DNA of 64,000 nucleotides, taken from assembly GCA_964402375.1 (NCBI GenBank), contig CAYOCC010000007.1, forward strand, positions 8,238 to 72,237, in the 5' to 3' direction. Positions 59,237-64,000 of the stretch are shown here, one piece after another. This stretch comes from an uncultured Flavobacterium sp. (GTDB lineage: Bacteria > Bacteroidota > Bacteroidia > Flavobacteriales > Flavobacteriaceae). The notes under the pieces were generated by a model, which had not been told where the DNA came from, searched no databases, and was given only the letters and a program-made list of their open reading frames with translations. Within the stretch, counting starts at the first letter, position 1. Each line of letters starts with the position of its first letter. Made by a program: the position numbers and the translations under genes.

Positions 59237-59322
59237 GCTTGAGTGGTGGAATTGGTAGACACGCTGGACTTAAAATCCAGTGGGTAGTAATGCCCGTGCG
59301 GGTTCAAGTCCCGCCTTGAGTA
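59237..59322 (+). tRNA. tRNA-Leu(TAA)
   Basis: GGTGGAATTGGTAGACAC D-arm, CTGGA-CTTAAAA-TCCAG anticodon arm, long variable arm, GGTTCAAGTCC T-arm. Confidence 0.94.
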
Positions 59323-59324
59323 CT

Positions 59325-59356
59325 AAAAGCTTCAAACTATGTTTGGAGCTTTTTTT
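59325..59356 (+). terminator. Intrinsic terminator of tRNA operon
   Basis: AAAAGCTTCAAAC-TAT-GTTTGGAGCTTTTTTT. Confidence 0.8.
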
Positions 59357-59419
59357 GTTGTAAGTAATTATGAAAACCAGATTTAATATAATTTGTAATT
59401 ATAAAATTTAAATATAAAA

Positions 59420-59785
59420 ATGGCAACCTTTGTAATAAGCAAAAAACTCAGCGGTCATTACAAATACGAATTAACTTCTCGTAGAGGAAAAACCATTTTT
59501 ATAAGCAATGCCTTTGAATTACGATTTGAATGTGAAGATGAAATAGAAGTAGTAAAAAAATCAATAGAAGAATTGTTTTTTATGCGATTTCGGTCGCCAG
59601 CAGGAAAATTTTATTTTAAAATTATTTTAAACGACAAAGAAGTCGCTATTAGCAGAAAGTATTCCACGCAGTTAATGTTAGAAAAAGGCATCAATGAAAT
59701 TTTAAAATATGGTGCTAAAGCTGAATATTTAGATTTTTCAATGCCAAATGAAGTTTTTCCTCCAGCGGAAGACGTTTTTGGGTAA
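59420..59785 (+). CDS. YegP/DUF1508-like tandem-domain protein
   Basis: Two internal repeats: F.I.K...G.YKYEL....GKTI..S and F.R...GKFYF.......IA.S.KY. Confidence 0.7.
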   Translation: MATFVISKKLSGHYKYELTSRRGKTIFISNAFELRFECEDEIEVVKKSIEELFFMRFRSPAGKFYFKIILNDKEVAISRKYSTQLMLEKGINEILKYGAKAEYLDFSMPNEVFPPAEDVFG

Positions 59786-59844
59786 CAGAGAGTTGTTTCT
59801 CGGAGATTCAAAAAGTTTTTCAACCAATCGTCTTAAAACAACGT

Positions 59845-59917
59845 TTGTCACCCTGAAAGGGTCTCGCGTAATATAATTCACGTGTTAGTATTAAAAGAGA
59901 TGCTTTCAGCATGACAA
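59845..59917. repeat. Inverted pair of REP-like palindromes (REPIN-like)
   Basis: TTGTCACCCTGAAAGGGTCTC (59845-59865) and, on the opposite strand, TTGTCATGCTGAAAGCATCTC (59897-59917); 31-bp spacer. Confidence 0.8.
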
Positions 59918-59979
59918 GTAAACGCGTATGCATTTTATTCATCTCACAAATACTCACTAAATTTCGTTCACTTTTGAGC

Positions 59980-60007
59980 AAAAAAAATCCCAACCTAAGT
60001 CGGGATT
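59980..60007 (-). terminator. Intrinsic terminator of small lipoprotein gene
   Basis: Minus strand AATCCCGAC-TTAG-GTTGGGATTTTTTTT. Confidence 0.8.
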
Positions 60008-60038
60008 GATTTCTTTTCGAAAAGAAGATCAAATATTA

Positions 60039-60236
60039 TTATTTAACTTCTTCAGTTTTTGTAGCAGCGCTATCTGTTTTCACAGCAGCAGTATCAGCTA
60101 CAACAGCAGTAGTATCAGCTACAACAGCAGTAGTATCTACAGCAGTAGAGTCAGCAGCTGGAGTTTCTTCAGCTTTTTTGTTACAAGAAACTAATACAGC
60201 AGCAACGAATGCTAAACTTAAAACAACTTTTTTCAT
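60039..60236 (-). CDS. Small lipoprotein with DTTAVVA repeats
   Basis: MKKVVLSLAFVAAVLVS-C lipobox; 21-bp tandem repeat; own TATCTTTG promoter at about 60272-60279 and own terminator. Confidence 0.85.
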   Translation of the reverse strand: MKKVVLSLAFVAAVLVSCNKKAEETPAADSTAVDTTAVVADTTAVVADTAAVKTDSAATKTEEVK

Positions 60237-60374
60237 CTTAATTTAATTATAAAGGTTAATTATTTATGAAGCAAAGATATAAAAAAAATTAAATGACAAA
60301 TACTTTTTTTAATTTTTTTTAAAATATTTTTCAATTCTTGTATAATTCACTCTATAAAACTTAGAAAATATCGC

Positions 60375-62540
60375 CTATTTCCCTTTGTTTTTCAATATAT
60401 CAGACTGATTATAAATGATTTCCATTTCTTCAATTAAATTTTTCGCACCAGCATATTTATCTATAATAAACAATATGTATCGTGTATCTACCATAATATT
60501 TCTACAAATTTCTGGTGAATAATATACATCACTCATGGTACCTTCCCAAACGCGGTCGAAATTTAACCCAATAAGATTTCCTTTGGCATCAATTGCTGGG
60601 CTTCCAGAATTTCCTCCAGTGGTGTGGTTGGTAGCAATAAAAGCCACTGGCATTTTACCATTATCAGCATATTTACCATAATCTTTTGCATTATACAAAT
60701 CGATTAGTTTTTGTGGCACGTCAAATTCATAATCTCCAGGAACATATTTTTCCATCACACCATCTAAATAGGTAAATGGCGAATACACTACCGCATCGCT
60801 TGGCTTGTATCCTTTTACTTTTCCGTACGTTACACGCAAAGTAGAATTGGCATCAGGGAAAATTCTTGCCGATTTTGGACTTAACTCTAAAATGGCTTTC
60901 ATGTATGCACGTTGTGTAGCCATATTTTTTAAATTGATCTCATCATATTTGGCTGCTACATTTTTGTTATATGCCTCCGCAAGTGTTTTCACAAAAGCAA
61001 AACCTTTATCTTGATTTAATCTTTCTAGAACCGTTTTAGCGTCTCCAGCTAATATTTCTTTCAAACCAGCATAAGAAGTTAACTTAGATGTCTTAAAAAT
61101 ATCAGTTGCTAATTGAGTCGCATCAATTCCTTTTACACTTTCAGGTAAAAATTGTTGTGGCGATTTTTTACTGTAAATAGCAATTAATTTTTCGAATACT
61201 TTTTCGTCAACTTGGGCATTAAAATCTTTATATAAGGGTTCAAATGATTCAATTAAATTCTTTTTTCTATCATTAAAAGCTTGCTCACCTTTTGAATTAT
61301 AAACTTGCTCTAATTGAAACAAACGGTATCCAAAAGATAAAATTTCGGTATTTCTTAAAACTACTTCGGTATAATAATCTCTTGCAATAGCATACTCTTT
61401 AATAGCCGCGTAATTTGTTGCAAAATCAGATAATAAATTTCCATATTCTGCTTGCTTTCCGGCTTTGGTGATTTTATCAGTTAAATCTTTTTCAAAAACT
61501 TGTTTTGCACCAACTGCATTGGCTTTAATTAATCCTTTGCGCTCTCCAATCCATTTTTTCCAATAATTGGCTACTCCAGCATATTTTGACGCATATTGAA
61601 TTTTTATCGCTTGGTCTTTTCTCATAAAACCATCTTGAACTTTTAAAGCCGCATCACGCACTTCAATTCGAGCAGGGTTTAAATCGTTTACCACTTGCTC
61701 CACGGCATAAGATGGTAAATATTCGGTTGTTCTGCCAGGATAACCCATTACCATTGTAAAATCGTTTTCTTGAATTCCTTTTGCAGAAACCGGGAAAAAA
61801 TGTTTAGGTTTATAAGGCACATTATCTTTAGAATACTCCGCTGGACGATTATTTTTATCTGCATAAACTCTAAATAAAGAAAAATCTCCCGTATGACGAG
61901 GCCAAACCCAATTGTCTGTGTCAGAACCGAATTTTCCTATAGAACTTGGTGGCGCACCAACTAATCTAATGTCTTTAAAGTTTTCTGTAACGAATAATAA
62001 ATATTGATTTCCATCATAAAAAGATCGAACTAAAACGTCTTGCCAAGCTTCTCTTGCATACGATTTGTTCAATACTGCAATATTTTCTTGAATTTTCTTT
62101 TGCTTTTCTGCTTCTGAAGTTAAAGCTGATACACCTTCAAATACTTTTGTGGTTACATCATCTATTTTCACAATAAAAGTAACTACCACTCCAGGATTTG
62201 GAAGTTCTTCTTCCATTTTATAAGCCCAAAAACCATTCGCTAAATAATCGTATTCAACTGTAGAATGATATTGTATATTGTCATACCCACAATGGTGATT
62301 GGTTAACAATAGGCCTTTTGAAGAAATCATTTCTGCTGTACAACCGCCATCAAATTGAGGAACTGCATCTTTTAAAGACGATTTGTTTATAGAATAAATT
62401 TGTTCAGCCGTTAGTTTAGAACCTAAAGCTTTCATTTCTTTTTCATTCATACCTTGTAACAAAGATGGAACCCACATACCGCCTTGTTGGGCTTGGGTTT
62501 GAACAATAAATAATAATAAAAATAGTTTTAAAAATTTCAT
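60375..62540 (-). CDS. S46 family dipeptidyl peptidase (DPP11-like)
   Basis: GGMW, TNHHC, WPRHTGDF, TTGGNSGS, GLNFDR. Confidence 0.92.
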   Translation of the reverse strand: MKFLKLFLLLFIVQTQAQQGGMWVPSLLQGMNEKEMKALGSKLTAEQIYSINKSSLKDAVPQFDGGCTAEMISSKGLLLTNHHCGYDNIQYHSTVEYDYLANGFWAYKMEEELPNPGVVVTFIVKIDDVTTKVFEGVSALTSEAEKQKKIQENIAVLNKSYAREAWQDVLVRSFYDGNQYLLFVTENFKDIRLVGAPPSSIGKFGSDTDNWVWPRHTGDFSLFRVYADKNNRPAEYSKDNVPYKPKHFFPVSAKGIQENDFTMVMGYPGRTTEYLPSYAVEQVVNDLNPARIEVRDAALKVQDGFMRKDQAIKIQYASKYAGVANYWKKWIGERKGLIKANAVGAKQVFEKDLTDKITKAGKQAEYGNLLSDFATNYAAIKEYAIARDYYTEVVLRNTEILSFGYRLFQLEQVYNSKGEQAFNDRKKNLIESFEPLYKDFNAQVDEKVFEKLIAIYSKKSPQQFLPESVKGIDATQLATDIFKTSKLTSYAGLKEILAGDAKTVLERLNQDKGFAFVKTLAEAYNKNVAAKYDEINLKNMATQRAYMKAILELSPKSARIFPDANSTLRVTYGKVKGYKPSDAVVYSPFTYLDGVMEKYVPGDYEFDVPQKLIDLYNAKDYGKYADNGKMPVAFIATNHTTGGNSGSPAIDAKGNLIGLNFDRVWEGTMSDVYYSPEICRNIMVDTRYILFIIDKYAGAKNLIEEMEIIYNQSDILKNKGK

Positions 62541-62594
62541 AAAGTTTATTTTAATGTTTGCAAGTTAGTATAATTTACAAAGTTGTGTCGAATT

Positions 62595-63854
62595 TTAATA
62601 TTTCGTTAAGATATGTTTTAGTATCTGTTCCGTGGCACCCTTATTCATTTGAACAAATGTACTACAAATGTGCCCTTTTTCTAATCGTTCCTCCTTGTTT
62701 TGTAATAATAAGTTAAACGCATCATTTAATTCTGATTGATTTTGAATTGAAATACAACCTTCTAAACCAACCAAAGCTTTCGCTTCTGCAAAATGCGAAT
62801 AATTAAGACCTATTACAATAGGAATTCCAAAAGTGGCTGGTTCTAAAATGTTGTGCACACCTGGATTTCCGAAACCGCCACCAACGTAAGCAATGTCTGC
62901 ATAACTATAAATCTTGGTTAAAATTCCGATAGTGTCAATTATAAATACATTGAAATCAGCTAATTTGTCTTGCTGAACTTGTTTGAGCATCTCCTCTTTT
63001 TCAGAAAATAATATTGTTTTCTTCGAAATTTTAGATTTTAGATCTAAAATTTGATTTTTATCAATTGTATGAGGCGCAATTATAAATTTAATGTCATTTG
63101 CAGCGTGATTGATGAAATGAATTAATAATTCTTCATCTTTTGGCCAACTACTGCCAATGACAATTGTTGGCTGATTGTTTTTAAAAGCTGCAATAAAATC
63201 TAAAGTATTATCTTTTTCTAAAATGGTCACTACCCTATCAAAACGCGTGTCTCCAGAGATTTTAACGTTTTCAAAACCAATAGATTGTAATAATAATTTA
63301 GAAGATTCATTCTGTACAAAAAAATAGGTAAATGTTCTCAGCGCCTTTCTGTAAAATCCGCCATACCATTTAAAAAAAGCTTGATTTTCCCTGAAAATTC
63401 CAGAAATTAAATAAGTCTTAATATTTTGATTTTTTAGTTCATTAAGATAATTGGGCCAATATTCGTACTTAATGAAAAAGGCCATTTCTGGATGCACTAA
63501 TTTTAAAAATTGTTTGGCATTAGAAATTGTATCTAAAGGTAAATATACCGTAACATCTGCAACAGTATTGTTTTTTCGCACTTCATATCCTGAAGGCGAA
63601 AAAAATGTAATTATTATTTTATGATTTGGAAATTGTGCCTTTACTTTTTCTATAACAGGCAAGCCTTGTTCATATTCACCCAAAGATGCTGCGTGAAACC
63701 AAATCGTTTTATCAATTTCTTGAATATTGTTTTGTAACTTTTGAAAAACTGATTTTCTTCCTGCTACAAATAATTTTATTTTCGGACTAAAAAATGCCAA
63801 AAGCTTTAAAAACTGCGAAGCAAATAGTATTAAAAAGTTGTAAATAAATGACAT
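62595..63854 (-). CDS. waaA: 3-deoxy-D-manno-octulosonic acid (Kdo) transferase
   Basis: IWFHAASLGE, YLPLD, GDTRFD, IDTIG.L, YVGGGF..GVHNILEPA. Confidence 0.93.
   Translation of the reverse strand: MSFIYNFLILFASQFLKLLAFFSPKIKLFVAGRKSVFQKLQNNIQEIDKTIWFHAASLGEYEQGLPVIEKVKAQFPNHKIIITFFSPSGYEVRKNNTVADVTVYLPLDTISNAKQFLKLVHPEMAFFIKYEYWPNYLNELKNQNIKTYLISGIFRENQAFFKWYGGFYRKALRTFTYFFVQNESSKLLLQSIGFENVKISGDTRFDRVVTILEKDNTLDFIAAFKNNQPTIVIGSSWPKDEELLIHFINHAANDIKFIIAPHTIDKNQILDLKSKISKKTILFSEKEEMLKQVQQDKLADFNVFIIDTIGILTKIYSYADIAYVGGGFGNPGVHNILEPATFGIPIVIGLNYSHFAEAKALVGLEGCISIQNQSELNDAFNLLLQNKEERLEKGHICSTFVQMNKGATEQILKHILTKY
62965..62993 (+). repeat. REP-like palindrome embedded in frame in waaA
   Basis: TTGTCTTGCTGAA-CTTGTTTG-AGCATCTC matches the 59897-59917 unit at 20/21 positions plus an 8-nt internal extension; encodes EMLKQVQQDK. 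Confidence 0.7.
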
Positions 63855-63951
63855 AGTACTAATTTATGTTGCTAAATTACGTTTCTTTTATGTAACACAA
63901 AAAATGTAAGCAGAATTTCTTACTTTTGCTTGACTTAATTAGATTAGGAAG

Positions 63952-64000
63952 ATGAAAAAATTACAAATGGTTGACTTAAAAAGTCAATACGAAAAAATAA
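63952..64000 (+). CDS. Probable DegT/DnrJ/EryC1/StrS aminotransferase, 5' fragment
   Basis: MKKLQMVDLKSQYEKI N-terminus resembles that family; TACTTTTG promoter at 63921-63928; truncated by window. Confidence 0.6.
   Translation, partial: MKKLQMVDLKSQYEKI

Noticed and set aside
59058-60030. Possible genomic island integrated at the tRNA cluster
   Set aside because: No integrase and no duplicated tRNA 3' end seen downstream; flanking genes look native
59820-60032. 70-aa ORF on the minus strand
   Set aside because: Runs through a terminator and the REP-like pair; no coding features
2214-61014. Numerous short ORF-track entries antisense to or overlapping long genes (e.g. 2214-2492, 6479-6784, 21034-21372, 35605-35973, 58114-58500, 60006-60194)
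   Set aside because: Shadows of well-supported genes on the opposite strand or frame; no recognisable motifs
63028-63056. Palindrome ATTTTAGATCTAAAAT and heptamer-like run in waaA
   Set aside because: AT-rich and explainable by the codons for ILDLKSKI; no evidence of insertion without an alignment

Overview
AT-rich chromosomal window from a Bacteroidota (Flavobacterium-like) genome, judged from gldB/gldC, a T9SS plug homolog, a T9SS type-B cargo and TAnnTTTG promoters. 1-15757 is the dcw cluster on the minus strand (mraZ-rsmH-ftsL-ftsI-murE-mraY-murD-ftsW-murG-murC-ftsQ-ftsA-ftsZ; ftsZ runs off the left edge and is missing from the ORF track). The rest is mostly housekeeping and envelope genes (engB, gpmI, pepE, M1 peptidase operon, tatA, rlmN, ispB, ECF sigma/anti-sigma/OMP, dnaG, nadE, gldBC, TetR-ABC-MFP-TolC operon, map, apaG, pruA, sppA, folK-dNK fusion, C-type-lectin T9SS cargo, TrmH, mutS, S46 peptidase, waaA) plus four tRNAs. 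I see no integrase, transposase, prophage, CRISPR array or defence island, and no large novel system that I can firmly support. The best signals are small-scale: a REP-like palindrome family present both as an intergenic inverted pair with compensatory changes and in frame inside waaA; a small lipoprotein gene flanked by a 44-bp duplication of the upstream OMP gene's 3' end; an export operon whose only ABC ATPase has degenerate catalytic motifs, with a twin palindromic TetR operator; a duplicated ECF-type promoter; several apparently leaderless genes; a possible collapsed tRNA-Leu scar; and two Cys-less zinc-finger domains. Family assignments come from motif recognition, not database searches.
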